Shown here one piece after another: positions 28,467 to 39,097 of a stretch of 64,000 nt of DNA. The translations under genes and the position numbers were made by a program. Origin of the DNA: Candidatus Shapirobacteria bacterium (GTDB lineage Bacteria > Patescibacteriota > Microgenomatia > UBA12405); assembly GCA_037142555.1 (NCBI GenBank), contig JBAXAJ010000002.1, forward strand, positions 15,029-79,028, read 5' to 3'. Numbering within the stretch: position 1 is the first letter of the stretch; the number at the start of each line of letters is the position of its first letter. A model generated the notes under the pieces. The model made no database searches. It was not told where the DNA came from and saw only the letters and a program-made list of their open reading frames with translations.

Positions 28467-29972
28467 ATGAATAAAAATACAAAAATTTATCGACTTTGGG
28501 AGATGATTCCCGGTTTTTTTGCTTGGATGGTTATTCTTTTCCCAATTTGGGGTGCTTTTGTAGTCCCAAAAGCCGTTGCCTATTTTGTCATCGCTTTTTT
28601 GGTCTATTGGTTATATCAATCTTTTAAAACCTCATTCTTTTCTTTAAAAGGCTATTTTAAAATTAAAAAAGCTAAAAGCACAAATTGGTTAGATGCCTAC
28701 AAAGAAAATTTCAGAGCTGATTGGCTTAAATATGATCTTATTAATCATGTCATCATCATTTCTTCATATAAAGAACCTGTTGAAGTGATTGAAATGGCTG
28801 TTGGCAGTTTGGCTGCTCAAATAGATATAAATCTTAAAAAAATTCATGTCATTATTGCCCAAGAGGAAAGAGCTGGAGCTGAGAACAACCAAAGAACCAT
28901 CGATTATTTTCAAAAAAAATATAAAAACACTTTTGGAGATTTAATTTTTACTGAACATCCAGCTGGTCTTCCAGGAGAAACTGCCGGTAAACATACTAAT
29001 GAAGGTTGGGCTGCTAAATACTTTAAAAAGAACTTTATTGATAATGGTAAATACAAAATTGGGAATTTAACCCTAACTAGTTGTGACGTTGACACTGTTT
29101 TTAACCCTAAATATTTTTCAGCTCTGACCTACAATTTTGGTAGCAACCAAAACCGTTACTATCGTTTTTGGCAATCTCCAATTTTTTGGCATCATAATAT
29201 TAATGAAGTTCCAGGTCCGATCAGAATCATTGGTATCATGGGTAATGTCATCCATATTGCTAACATTCAAGAGCCAGATGGTCTCTTTTTCAACTATTCT
29301 TGTTATTCATCTTCCTATGAATTAATTGATTCCACCGGTTATTGGGACATCGATATGATTCCAGAAGATTGGCATATCTTTATGCAAGCTTTCTTTTCTA
29401 GTGGTGGTAAGGCCATGGTTGAACCAATCTTCTTGCCAACTGTTGTCGATGCTCCAGATGGTAAAAACTATTTTGCCGCTCTCAAAAACCGTTATGATCA
29501 ATGTGTCCGCCATGCTTGGGGAGCAATTGACATTCCTTATTCAATTGAACAAGCTAGAATCCACACAGAAATTCCATTCATCACTAGAGCTTTAAGAATT
29601 TTTAAATTAATTCAAACCCATTTAATTTGGTCCAGTAATTGGTTCATTCTTACAATTGGAACTTCACTTCCAGTAATTCTAAATCCTAAATTTTTCCAAA
29701 CCGCCATTGGCTACAATCTACCTCGCATTTCTAACTTTATTTTAACTATTTGTCTTCTTCCTCTCTTTGTAGTCATCGTTCTAGATTGGAAACTTCGTCC
29801 AGTCAATCAAAAGAAAGGCTTTTTTAATATTCTCAAAAATATTCTTCAATGGCCTTTCATGCCTTTGGCAACTCTAACTATGTCTGTTCTCCCAGGTCTT
29901 CATTCCCACACTCGTCTACTCATAGGTAAAAGACTCGACTACAAAACAACCGACAAAAAAGCCAAGCCATAG
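28467..29972 (+). CDS. GT2-family multi-TM glycosyltransferase
   Basis: YKEP, AGK..N, DVD, PEDW, QCVRHAWG (QxxRW-like). Confidence 0.88.
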   Translation: MNKNTKIYRLWEMIPGFFAWMVILFPIWGAFVVPKAVAYFVIAFLVYWLYQSFKTSFFSLKGYFKIKKAKSTNWLDAYKENFRADWLKYDLINHVIIISSYKEPVEVIEMAVGSLAAQIDINLKKIHVIIAQEERAGAENNQRTIDYFQKKYKNTFGDLIFTEHPAGLPGETAGKHTNEGWAAKYFKKNFIDNGKYKIGNLTLTSCDVDTVFNPKYFSALTYNFGSNQNRYYRFWQSPIFWHHNINEVPGPIRIIGIMGNVIHIANIQEPDGLFFNYSCYSSSYELIDSTGYWDIDMIPEDWHIFMQAFFSSGGKAMVEPIFLPTVVDAPDGKNYFAALKNRYDQCVRHAWGAIDIPYSIEQARIHTEIPFITRALRIFKLIQTHLIWSSNWFILTIGTSLPVILNPKFFQTAIGYNLPRISNFILTICLLPLFVVIVLDWKLRPVNQKKGFFNILKNILQWPFMPLATLTMSVLPGLHSHTRLLIGKRLDYKTTDKKAKP

Positions 29973-29988
29973 ATGTTATATTTAACTA

Positions 29989-31473
29989 ATGTTTAAAGCT
30001 TTGCAAAAATATAAATTTTTTATATTAATTGCTCTATTTTTTTTACTTTTAAGGATACCTTCTCTTTTTGAACCAGCTTGGTATGGAGATGAGGGGATTT
30101 ATCTAACTATTGGTGAAGGTTTAAATAAAGGTTTAAATCTTTACACTCAAATCCACGACAATAAGCCACCAACTCTCTATTTTCTTGCTGCCATCAGTCA
30201 CACTGTTTTTGGTTTCCGTCTCTTACTTCTATTATCTATGGCAATCACAGTTTATTGTTTTAATCTTCTTGCTAAAAAGTTTCTAGAACCAAAAATTATC
30301 AAAATAGCTCTGATTTTATTTGTATTTTTGACTTCCATCCCTTTTATTGAAGGAACAATTGCTAATGCCGAAATATTCATGCTTTTGCCAACTATTTTGG
30401 GTGTTCTCATTTTTTTAAATGCCAAAAAAACTCGAGATTATTTTCTGTCTGCTTTCATTTTAGGTTTAGCTTTCACCATCAAAATGCCAGTCCTGTTCGA
30501 ATGTATTTTCCTAACAATATTTTTAGCTCTGGAAAAGTTTGATTTAATTAGTCGTTTTAATTTAAAAAACATTTTTTCCAAAAGAATCAAAAATATACCT
30601 ATTTTGATTGGCTTTTTAATCAGTTTTTCCATTCCAATTTTAGCTTGGGGAATCTATTATTATTTTCATCAAGCTCTAAGTCTCTTCATCAGTGCTTCCT
30701 TAATGCAAAACTTTAGTTATCTTTCGTCTTGGTCAACTGGGAACCAAAGCAGTTCTTTAGCCAGTGGTGGTCTAATAAACCGCTTAATAATTCTAATTCT
30801 AGCTTGGTTAGTAATTTATGTTTTATTAATCAAAAAAGTAATTGATAAAAAAATTGCTTTCCTTTTGTTTTGGTTTGGAACAACCATTTTTGCCGCTCTA
30901 CTCTCCGGCCGACCTTACCCTCATTATCTAATTCAAACTCTACCATCTCTATGTTTAGTCATTGGAGCCATCTTTTCTAAATCTTATAAAATAATAGCCA
31001 AAGCGATTCTTGTTCTATCAGTGGCTTTTCTAGTTTTTGTTTTTTGGAAATTTAATTTTTATTCTTATCCAACCACTGCTTATTATAAAAATTTTTATAG
31101 CTATGCTCTAGGCCAAAAAAGTCAAGCAAACTACTATTCTTTCTTTGGTTCTGGTGTTCAAAGAATTTATGACATTTCCAATTATGTCAAAGAAAACACC
31201 GCTGAAAATGAAAAAATATTTTTATGGGGAGACGAATCTTTCATCTATTCATTATCCGACAGACTTCCAGTCGGTAGGTTTACTGTTGCCTATCACATAG
31301 TCGATTTTAATGCCTACAATGTCACAATTAGTCAATTAAAAAATACTCCTCCTAAACTAATTATTTATTACCAAATGAACGGTCGACCTTTTCAAGAACT
31401 AGACAATTTAATAAAAGAATATTATTATCCTGCCAAGGCTTTCGATTCAGTAATTATTTATAAACTTAAATAA
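29989..31473 (+). CDS. GT-C (ArnT/PMT-like) membrane glycosyltransferase
   Basis: DEGIY, DNKPP, many TM helices, YPHY. Confidence 0.82.
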   Translation: MFKALQKYKFFILIALFFLLLRIPSLFEPAWYGDEGIYLTIGEGLNKGLNLYTQIHDNKPPTLYFLAAISHTVFGFRLLLLLSMAITVYCFNLLAKKFLEPKIIKIALILFVFLTSIPFIEGTIANAEIFMLLPTILGVLIFLNAKKTRDYFLSAFILGLAFTIKMPVLFECIFLTIFLALEKFDLISRFNLKNIFSKRIKNIPILIGFLISFSIPILAWGIYYYFHQALSLFISASLMQNFSYLSSWSTGNQSSSLASGGLINRLIILILAWLVIYVLLIKKVIDKKIAFLLFWFGTTIFAALLSGRPYPHYLIQTLPSLCLVIGAIFSKSYKIIAKAILVLSVAFLVFVFWKFNFYSYPTTAYYKNFYSYALGQKSQANYYSFFGSGVQRIYDISNYVKENTAENEKIFLWGDESFIYSLSDRLPVGRFTVAYHIVDFNAYNVTISQLKNTPPKLIIYYQMNGRPFQELDNLIKEYYYPAKAFDSVIIYKLK

Positions 31474-31854
31474 ATGTCATTTTTTAGATTAATATCTCTT
31501 CAAATTTCAGCTCTAGGAAAATTTTGGCAAGAAAAGATTAATAATCAAATTTTTTGGTGGAACATAATTTTAATTGGTTCTCAAATAGCTTTTTTGATTT
31601 TCAAATTTAACAGTCTTCCAGATCAAGTTCCTCTATACTATTCACAACCTTGGGGTGAAGATCAACTTGCCCATGCTTCAGCCTTATTTTTATTACCAAC
31701 TTTTTCAATAATTATAGTTTTAATTAATAATCTTCTGGCCACTATTTTTCTTAATAGAATTCAACTCTTATCAAGATTGTTAGTTGTCTTTTCTCTGGTC
31801 TTTTCTTTTCTATCTCTAGTTACTCTTTTCCAAATAATTAATTTAATTTCTTAA
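31474..31854 (+). CDS. Three-TM membrane protein
   Basis: LPDQVPLYYS.PWG motif (DUF1648-like). Confidence 0.7.
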   Translation: MSFFRLISLQISALGKFWQEKINNQIFWWNIILIGSQIAFLIFKFNSLPDQVPLYYSQPWGEDQLAHASALFLLPTFSIIIVLINNLLATIFLNRIQLLSRLLVVFSLVFSFLSLVTLFQIINLIS

Positions 31855-32909
31855 TGTTAGCCACTTTCCTTGTAATTATTTTTCTATCAGCTTTTGCTTC
31901 ATATGTTTTAACTCCTTTGACTATCAGATTTTTTATTTCCAGAAATTGGATAGAGGATCCAGCTAAGAAACAAACCAAAACTAATAATGCTACTGCTCTT
32001 AAACCTGTCCCTCGAGGTGGTGGTGTGCCAATCTTCATCAGTGTTTTAATTACCTCTTTAATGTTTTTACCTCCAGACAAACATTTAATAGGGATTCTTC
32101 TAGCAGCTTTTCTAGCCTTAATAGTTGGTCTTTTTGATGATGTCAAAGATATCAGTCCTAAATTAAGATTAGTGACAAACATTGTCACTGCTCTAATTGT
32201 TGTTGCTTCAGGGATTGGTATTTCTTTCATCTCCAATCCTTTTGGGGGAGTAATCGATTTATCTTTCCTAAAAATTAATTTTGATCTATTTGGCCCTCAC
32301 AGCATTTGGGTAATTTCCGATTTATTAGCGGTCATTTGGATTGTTTGGTGTATGAATATTGTCGGTTGGGCCACTGGCGTTGATGGTCAACTCCCTGGTT
32401 TCACCTCAATTTCAGCAATTTTCATTGGTATTTTAGCTCTTCGTTATTCAGCTGACATTACTCAATGGCCAGTAATCATTCTAGCTGGCAGTGTGGCTGG
32501 TGCTTATCTAGGTTTTTTGCCTTTTAATTTCTTTCCTCAAAGGATAATGCCTGGTTATAGTGGTAAAAGTCTAGCCGGATTCTTTCTAGCCGTTCTAGCC
32601 ATCCTTTCTGGGGCCAAATTAGCTACTCTAATCTTTCTTCTAGGTGTTCCAATGCTTGATGCTACCTTCACAATAGTTCGTAGATTCATAAACAAAAAAC
32701 CTATTTATCTAGGTGATGGCCAACATTTTCATCATCAACTCCTAAAATTAGGTTGGTCACGCCGATCAATTTCCCTAGCTTATTGGTCTTTTAGCTTATT
32801 TTTAGGCTTGATTGCTCTCTTTTTAAACAGTCAACAAAAACTCTATGTCTTTATTGGGATAGCTCTAATTTTTGTCAGTGTTTTTATTCGACTATCGAAA
32901 CGTACTTAG
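31854..32909 (+). CDS. MraY/WecA/TagO-family undecaprenyl-phosphate sugar-1-phosphate transferase
   Basis: PRGGG, GLFDD, GVDG, FNF.P..IMPG, HFHHQL. Confidence 0.92.
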   Translation: MLATFLVIIFLSAFASYVLTPLTIRFFISRNWIEDPAKKQTKTNNATALKPVPRGGGVPIFISVLITSLMFLPPDKHLIGILLAAFLALIVGLFDDVKDISPKLRLVTNIVTALIVVASGIGISFISNPFGGVIDLSFLKINFDLFGPHSIWVISDLLAVIWIVWCMNIVGWATGVDGQLPGFTSISAIFIGILALRYSADITQWPVIILAGSVAGAYLGFLPFNFFPQRIMPGYSGKSLAGFFLAVLAILSGAKLATLIFLLGVPMLDATFTIVRRFINKKPIYLGDGQHFHHQLLKLGWSRRSISLAYWSFSLFLGLIALFLNSQQKLYVFIGIALIFVSVFIRLSKRT

Positions 32910-33675
32910 CTGAAACCCAACCACTCTTATTATTACCCAAATCGATTTTATACCAATCAGTTCCTTCTTCAAGAATAGGGTAGCTTTCTGTTGGTTTAAC
33001 CTTAACTATTTCTTTACTGCCATTATTAGCTTGTTCTCGAACTCTTAACCAACCAGTCCCAGTTTCTTTTATAACTACTTTTTTGCTATTCACTGTTGGG
33101 GTGCTGGCTTGAATTTCATTAATTTTAGGAGAAATTTCTTGAGCCAAAGTTGCATCAATCACTAATTGATAACCATTTATTGCCTTCACAAAAACACTCA
33201 AATCTTTATATCCAGAAGCAGATAAAACCAATTGTCTATCACCACTATTGACTGTATTAAATCTCAAAGGGGAGACGCCTTTAATTTCACTATCAATATT
33301 TATAACTGATTTATCAGGCACCACATTAACCATTAAACTAGATTTTTTAGCATCACCAGTTTTTTCTAAAAATAAAACATAACCACCAGAACTTTCCTTA
33401 CCATTTCCAAATTCCCAATCAACAACTGTATTTATATTATTTTTTAAATCTATTTTTTTAACCCATTCTTGGTCATTAGTTTTCAATTTGACTTCAATTA
33501 TTCCTGGTTTAAGGCTGTTATTTTTATAAGGAGTCATTCCCATTTCTTTATTATCAATAAAAACTTTTGCTACTGGATATGAACTAATTTCCAAAGTCGA
33601 TTTTTTTGGCAACAAAGAGCATCCACTCAAAAAAAATGATGCCAAAATTAATATTAAAAACTGTTTAAACATCAT
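32884..33675 (-). CDS. PEGA plus SH3-domain lipoprotein
   Basis: Lipobox LSGC, G.TP PEGA motifs, TGWLRVR...GWVSAKY. Confidence 0.85.
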   Translation of the reverse strand: MMFKQFLILILASFFLSGCSLLPKKSTLEISSYPVAKVFIDNKEMGMTPYKNNSLKPGIIEVKLKTNDQEWVKKIDLKNNINTVVDWEFGNGKESSGGYVLFLEKTGDAKKSSLMVNVVPDKSVINIDSEIKGVSPLRFNTVNSGDRQLVLSASGYKDLSVFVKAINGYQLVIDATLAQEISPKINEIQASTPTVNSKKVVIKETGTGWLRVREQANNGSKEIVKVKPTESYPILEEGTDWYKIDLGNNKSGWVSAKYVSIVE

Positions 33676-33715
33676 CTTATAGTTTATCAAAAAATAACTT
33701 TGTTAAGATTAACTA

Positions 33716-34672
33716 ATGTTGTTTAAAAAAATTTTAGTTTTTATTGTTTTTTCTTTTATTTTATTTTTACTTTTTTTAGTTTTTAAAAAACCTATTCTTA
33801 CGCCAAAATTAGAAGAAAATTATAGTAAAACTGGTTTTCTTATAATTCCATCACCAGAGAAAAAAAATACAGTCACTTTTTCTCTAGCCGGGGATTTAGG
33901 TCTTGGTCGTTATATAACTACTATCGCCAGATCAAAAAAAGATTTTTCTTGGAGTTTCCAAAAAATTTCTTCTCTTCTTAAATCAAATGATTTCAATTTA
34001 GCTAATCTAGAAAGTCCAATCATCAATAGTTGTCCCGAAGGTCAAACTGGCACTTTTACTTTTTGTGGTGATTCTAGATTCCTTCCTTATTTGAAAGAAA
34101 ATAAATTTGTTTTTAATTTGGCTAATAATCATATTTTTAATTATGGTCAAGATGGTTTTAACCAAACTAAAAATTATTTAAAAGAAAATCAAATTTCTTA
34201 TTTTTATTCTCATAATCCTGATACTGAATTTATTAAAAAAGAGATTAATGGTATTAAATTTGGGTTTTTAGGTTTTGATTTCATTACTAATCCTAATTTA
34301 GATTCAAAAAAAATAATTTCTCTAGTTAAAAAATATGATTCTCAAGTTGATTGGCTTATTGTTTCTCTTCATTGGGGTAATGAATATCTACCTAAAGCAG
34401 AAATTTGGCGAGTCGATTTAGCTCATCAACTCATTAATTCTGGAGCTGACATTATTTATGGTCATCATCCTCATGTTTTACAATCAACTGAAATTTATAA
34501 AAATAAAGTTATTTTTTATTCTCTTGGTAATTTTATTTTTGATCAAAATTGGTCAAAAGAAACTTCAAGTTCAGAATTAGTTATTTTAGAAGTTGATAAA
34601 ACAAATATTATTAAAACCACTAAAAAACCTTTTTTAATTAAATACAACTCACAACCAGAATTAATTAATTAA
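33716..34672 (+). CDS. CapA family metallophosphoesterase
   Basis: GD, NLE, LANNH, HWG.EY, GHHPH, YSLGNF. Confidence 0.93.
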   Translation: MLFKKILVFIVFSFILFLLFLVFKKPILTPKLEENYSKTGFLIIPSPEKKNTVTFSLAGDLGLGRYITTIARSKKDFSWSFQKISSLLKSNDFNLANLESPIINSCPEGQTGTFTFCGDSRFLPYLKENKFVFNLANNHIFNYGQDGFNQTKNYLKENQISYFYSHNPDTEFIKKEINGIKFGFLGFDFITNPNLDSKKIISLVKKYDSQVDWLIVSLHWGNEYLPKAEIWRVDLAHQLINSGADIIYGHHPHVLQSTEIYKNKVIFYSLGNFIFDQNWSKETSSSELVILEVDKTNIIKTTKKPFLIKYNSQPELIN

Positions 34673-35237
34673 AAATTTCCAAAACTTCTTGGGCTGTATT
34701 TGCCAAGGCCACAACTCTTTTTTCTTTACTTTCAAAATTTAAATCTTTAATTATAGTTTTAACTATTTCACCCCATTTTTTACCAAAAAAGACTATTGGT
34801 TCATGATGACCATATTCAAACTTTGCCATTTCCCAGACCAAACCAACTTCAGACAAAGTTCCAGTTCCACCTTCAAAAATAACAAAAGCATCGGCTGACG
34901 CTACTAATTTATTTAATCTACTAGGATAATCTCTGGTCACGATTATTTGATCGGCTAAATCATAATTTTTTTGATAAATTCCCTCATAATTATCAGGAAC
35001 TTTTTTAGGGTCTAAAACAACTATCTCCACCTTTCCATTTCCAGCCTTTGCTCCTAATGTGCTAGCCAACATCACTCCTGGTCCACCACCATTAACAATA
35101 ATATAACCAGATTCAGCTAATAACTTAGCTGTGTTGTAAGCATCAATAAAGTTTTGATCAGTTTTTTTAGCGTCATTAGCTCCGAAAAAAGCTACTTTTT
35201 TAATTGTTTTTGTTGTTTTTTTGAAAATATTAAACAT
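34665..35237 (-). CDS. LOG family protein
   Basis: GGGPGVM.A...GA, GGTGTLSE. Confidence 0.9.
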   Translation of the reverse strand: MFNIFKKTTKTIKKVAFFGANDAKKTDQNFIDAYNTAKLLAESGYIIVNGGGPGVMLASTLGAKAGNGKVEIVVLDPKKVPDNYEGIYQKNYDLADQIIVTRDYPSRLNKLVASADAFVIFEGGTGTLSEVGLVWEMAKFEYGHHEPIVFFGKKWGEIVKTIIKDLNFESKEKRVVALANTAQEVLEIFN

Positions 35238-35862
35238 GACTTTTCAAGTTTTCTAAATTATTTAAAACGTTACCATTAAAAATTGCTCCACCGCAATAGG
35301 CGACATCAACTCCAGCTTCTTTTAACTTTTCAATATTATTTTCATTGATTCCGCCATCAACTCCAATTTTAAATCTTAAATCTCTTTCTTCTCTCATTAT
35401 TTTAAGTTTTTCAATCTTTTCAAAAATTCGGTCATCAAATTCTTGTGATTCAAAACCAGCTTTTCTGGCCATTAACAAAACTAAATCAGTTTCTTCTGGA
35501 ATTTCTTTAATTTCAGTCTCAATATCAAAAGCCAAACCAGCCTCAGCTGTGTCTTTAACTTTAGAAACAAATTCTTCCAAATCACTCATCATTTCCACTT
35601 GTCCAATAATTCTGGCCGCATCAATGAAATTCGATTTTTCAATCCATTTTATTGGTTCATTAACCATTAAATGAGTTTCCCAAAGAATATTTTCAGTGTT
35701 CAATTGGCTTCGAGTCAATCTTTCTAATTCAAAAGTTTTCCCTGGCAAATAAACATTATCAATCACATCAATTTGAATCCATCTAATTTCATCTTTAATT
35801 AGTTTTATTTTTTCTTCAGCTAAATCAAATTGCTTCTCTAAAATTGTTGGAATTATTTGCAT
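35230..35862 (-). CDS. rpe: Ribulose-phosphate 3-epimerase
   Basis: QIDVID, ETHLMV..P, GF..Q.F, VDGGI. Confidence 0.9.
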   Translation of the reverse strand: MQIIPTILEKQFDLAEEKIKLIKDEIRWIQIDVIDNVYLPGKTFELERLTRSQLNTENILWETHLMVNEPIKWIEKSNFIDAARIIGQVEMMSDLEEFVSKVKDTAEAGLAFDIETEIKEIPEETDLVLLMARKAGFESQEFDDRIFEKIEKLKIMREERDLRFKIGVDGGINENNIEKLKEAGVDVAYCGGAIFNGNVLNNLENLKSHV

Positions 35863-35865
35863 ATA

Positions 35866-36909
35866 TTATTTTTTGCTAATCCAAAGAGCATTTTCAACCA
35901 ATCTGCAACTGTAACCATATTCGTTATCATACCAAGCTCCGATTGTGACCATGTCACCAGATAATACATTTGTCATTTGAGTATCAATCAAACAAGAAGA
36001 ATTATTTCCGATTATGTCAGAAGAAACAATTGGTTCATAAGTAACTTTCAGTTTACCAACTAATTCTTTAGTCACACTAGCTTCTTCAAAAATAACATTA
36101 ATTTCTTCAATACTAGTTTTTTTAACCATTTTAAAAGTTAAATCAGAATAACTTCCACAAATGACTGGAACTCTAATAGCTGTTCCTGCGAATCTTCCCT
36201 TAGCTTCAGGATAACAAGCGATAACTGCTTCGGCTGCTCCAGTTGAAGTTGGCACAATATTAATTGCGGCCGCTCTGGCTCTTCTAGCATCTTTACCATT
36301 TCCATCAACTATATTTTGGTTAGTGGTGTAGGCGTGAATTGTAGTCAAAACTCCTTGTTGGAACCCAATTTTTTGATCAATTAATTTAACAATTGGCGCC
36401 ACACAATTAGTAGTGCAAGAACCATTAGAAATTAACTTTTCACCTTTATAGTCTTGATGGTTAACTCCCATTATATAAGTTGGGATAGAAGCTGCTTTTC
36501 CTGGTGCACTAATAATTACTTTTTTAGCTCCAGCTTTAATGTGAGCCAAAGCTTTTTCATCAGTGAAAGCTCCAGTGCATTCTAAAACCACTTCAGCTCC
36601 ATAACTTTTCCAAGGGATTTTGGCTGGATCTCGTTCACCTAGGATTGGAATACTCGTTTGACCAACTTCTAATCGACCCATTTCACCACTTTTTTTAGGA
36701 TCACCACAAGTAATCTTCATTGGTAAACGGCCATAAACTGAATCATATTTAAATTGCATTTGATAAGCATCAACTGGCAAATCACCTAAAGTATTAATTG
36801 CCACCACTTCAACATCATATTTTTCCAAGATTATCGCTCTTAAAACCACACTTCCGATTCTTCCAAAACCATTAATTCCAACTTTTAGTTTTTTATTATT
36901 TTCTTTCAT
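35866..36909 (-). CDS. gap: Glyceraldehyde-3-phosphate dehydrogenase, type I
   Basis: GINGFGRIG, SCTTNC, WYDNE (track start 36924). Confidence 0.97.
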   Translation of the reverse strand: MKENNKKLKVGINGFGRIGSVVLRAIILEKYDVEVVAINTLGDLPVDAYQMQFKYDSVYGRLPMKITCGDPKKSGEMGRLEVGQTSIPILGERDPAKIPWKSYGAEVVLECTGAFTDEKALAHIKAGAKKVIISAPGKAASIPTYIMGVNHQDYKGEKLISNGSCTTNCVAPIVKLIDQKIGFQQGVLTTIHAYTTNQNIVDGNGKDARRARAAAINIVPTSTGAAEAVIACYPEAKGRFAGTAIRVPVICGSYSDLTFKMVKKTSIEEINVIFEEASVTKELVGKLKVTYEPIVSSDIIGNNSSCLIDTQMTNVLSGDMVTIGAWYDNEYGYSCRLVENALWISKK

Positions 36910-36924
36910 AATTAATTCTAACAT

Positions 36925-37953
36925 CTACCAAGATGGCAAAGTTCCTTTACTTAAAAATTCCAACATCACTCCACCACCTGAACAAACATAGTCAATTTTA
37001 TCTTTTAAGCCTAAATTTACAATTGAAGCTCCAGTGTCGCCACCAGCAATAATTTTGTAAGCTTTTGAAGCAGCAATTGCTCTAGCTATTTCTTCAGTTC
37101 CTTTTTGACAATCACTTTTTTCATAAAAACCCATCGCTCCAGCCCAAATTATTATTCTACTTTCCTTAATAATCTTTTTAAAATCTTCAATGTCCTTATC
37201 ACTCAAATCCAACCCATCTTCTCTTAACTCCGCAACAACCACCTTTTTATTAGAAATTAGACATTTGTCATTAGAAATTATCTTTGGTAATTTTCCACCA
37301 ACCAATATGAAATCAGCCTTTTTACTTAATTCTTCTAAGTTTTTCAATTTGTCTTCCTTAGCCCCACCCAAAACTATTGTCATCGGTTTTTCTTTCATTT
37401 CCAAAATTTTTCCAATTTTTTCCACTTCTTCAACAAAACTTAAGCCGTAAAATGTTTCCATTTCTTCAAAAAGCAAAACTGAGGCTGCTTTTCTGTGAGC
37501 CACTGCAAAAGCATCATTAACAAAAATAGAAGCAACATCCTTCAATTCACCAAATAGGGAATTGTCACCAAGTTCTTCTTCCTTATGAAATCTCAAATTT
37601 TCTACAAAAACAATTTGGTTTGATTCAATCGCTCTTTCAATTTCTTTAGTGTTTTTTATATCATCGATAAATACGCTTTCAACCCAATCTTGACCATCAG
37701 TTTCCAATAATCCCATTAATTCGCTATAAACTGGTCGAAGCGACAAAGATTCATCTTTCCCATCAGGACGACCTCGATGACCAACAATTATCATTCGGCA
37801 ATCTCTTTGCAATAACAACTTAATAGTTGGCAAAGATTTAACTAGTCGGCTATTATCCAAAACAACCCCATTTTCTATTGGCAAATCAGTGTCTAACCTC
37901 AAAATTACATCGAAATCAAATTCTATTTCATTAATTGATCTTAGTTTCTTCAT
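36925..37953 (-). CDS. pgk: Phosphoglycerate kinase (short form)
   Basis: GHRGRP, ENLRF..EE, NDAF..AHR, GGAK..K, GGGDT-like AGGDT, SGGG..LE. Confidence 0.93.
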   Translation of the reverse strand: MKKLRSINEIEFDFDVILRLDTDLPIENGVVLDNSRLVKSLPTIKLLLQRDCRMIIVGHRGRPDGKDESLSLRPVYSELMGLLETDGQDWVESVFIDDIKNTKEIERAIESNQIVFVENLRFHKEEELGDNSLFGELKDVASIFVNDAFAVAHRKAASVLLFEEMETFYGLSFVEEVEKIGKILEMKEKPMTIVLGGAKEDKLKNLEELSKKADFILVGGKLPKIISNDKCLISNKKVVVAELREDGLDLSDKDIEDFKKIIKESRIIIWAGAMGFYEKSDCQKGTEEIARAIAASKAYKIIAGGDTGASIVNLGLKDKIDYVCSGGGVMLEFLSKGTLPSW

Positions 37954-38386
37954 ATTCTTTAATTTTATTAATTCTTCTAATGTGAGTTTCTATTGGGGAA
38001 AAAACACTTTCTAAAAATGTTTTAACAATCTTTTCATTAAGGTCTTCATCAATCAATTCTCCAGATAAACATAAAATATTAGCATTATCATCTTCTCTAG
38101 CTAGTCTAGCTTGTTTTTCACTAGTACACAAAGCTGCATAAGCACCTTTAACTTTATTTGCTGCCACACAAACTCCAACTCCTGATCCACAAATCAAAAT
38201 TCCAATTGCTCTTTCAAAAACAACTTTTTGGGCTAATTCTATGGCAATATCAGTGTAATCATCATCCTCCACATATTCTTTATAACCTAAATCAACTACA
38301 TTCATCTCCCATTTTCTCAGGGTCTCTTTCAGTGCTTCTTTTGTCCTAAAACCCCTATGATCAGATCCAATGTATATAATATTCAT
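37931..38386 (-). CDS. rpiB: Ribose-5-phosphate isomerase B
   Basis: GSDHRG, DDY, ICGSGVG, ANK, ANIL. Confidence 0.95.
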   Translation of the reverse strand: MNIIYIGSDHRGFRTKEALKETLRKWEMNVVDLGYKEYVEDDDYTDIAIELAQKVVFERAIGILICGSGVGVCVAANKVKGAYAALCTSEKQARLAREDDNANILCLSGELIDEDLNEKIVKTFLESVFSPIETHIRRINKIKEYEETKIN

Positions 38387-38404
38387 ATCTTAAATATATC
38401 ACGC

Positions 38405-39097
38405 ATGAACCAAATTATTTTAAATAATACTATTTTTACTTACGAGATAAATCGCAAATCAATCAGGTCAATCAGATTGAAGTTAATTTCTTCAAATTCT
38501 TTTTCTATTTCTTGTCCAATTTTCACCCCAGATAGTTCCATCAAAAAATTTATTGAGTCAAATTCCACTTGGATTTTTAAACACTCAAAAAAAATTATTT
38601 CTCAAAAAAAACTACTAGATTTAAAGACTCTTTTAATTTTAGACAGACCCTTTCAACTCTCTTGGATTAAGACTCAAAAAGACTCAGTAATTATTTTTGA
38701 AGACGAACAAAAAATATATGCAAATATAAGTATATTGACCGAATCCAAGGCTAAAAAAACACTTGAAAAAACTCTCAAAATTCATGCTTTAAAGTTAATT
38801 AAAAACGAATTAAAACACTTAAGCAATATGTTTGGATTCGAATATAATCATGTTTCAGCTCGTAATCAAAAGTCTCGTTTTGGTTCTTGTTCCAGTCGTT
38901 CAAATCTCAATTTTAATTGGCAAATAATCTTTTTCCCGACCGACAAATTTCGTCATATTTTACTCCATGAATTAACTCATTTAAAAATAAAAAACCACTC
39001 AAAAACTTTTTGGGACCAACTCACCATCTATGATGAAAACTGCAAATTAAATAATCTCTGGCTCAAAAAAGAGGGGACAAATCATTTTCTCTTATAA
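38405..39097 (+). CDS. YgjP/DUF45 zinc metalloprotease-like protein
   Basis: SRFGSCS, HELTH...NHS..FW (track start 38357). Confidence 0.88.
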   Translation: MNQIILNNTIFTYEINRKSIRSIRLKLISSNSFSISCPIFTPDSSIKKFIESNSTWIFKHSKKIISQKKLLDLKTLLILDRPFQLSWIKTQKDSVIIFEDEQKIYANISILTESKAKKTLEKTLKIHALKLIKNELKHLSNMFGFEYNHVSARNQKSRFGSCSSRSNLNFNWQIIFFPTDKFRHILLHELTHLKIKNHSKTFWDQLTIYDENCKLNNLWLKKEGTNHFLL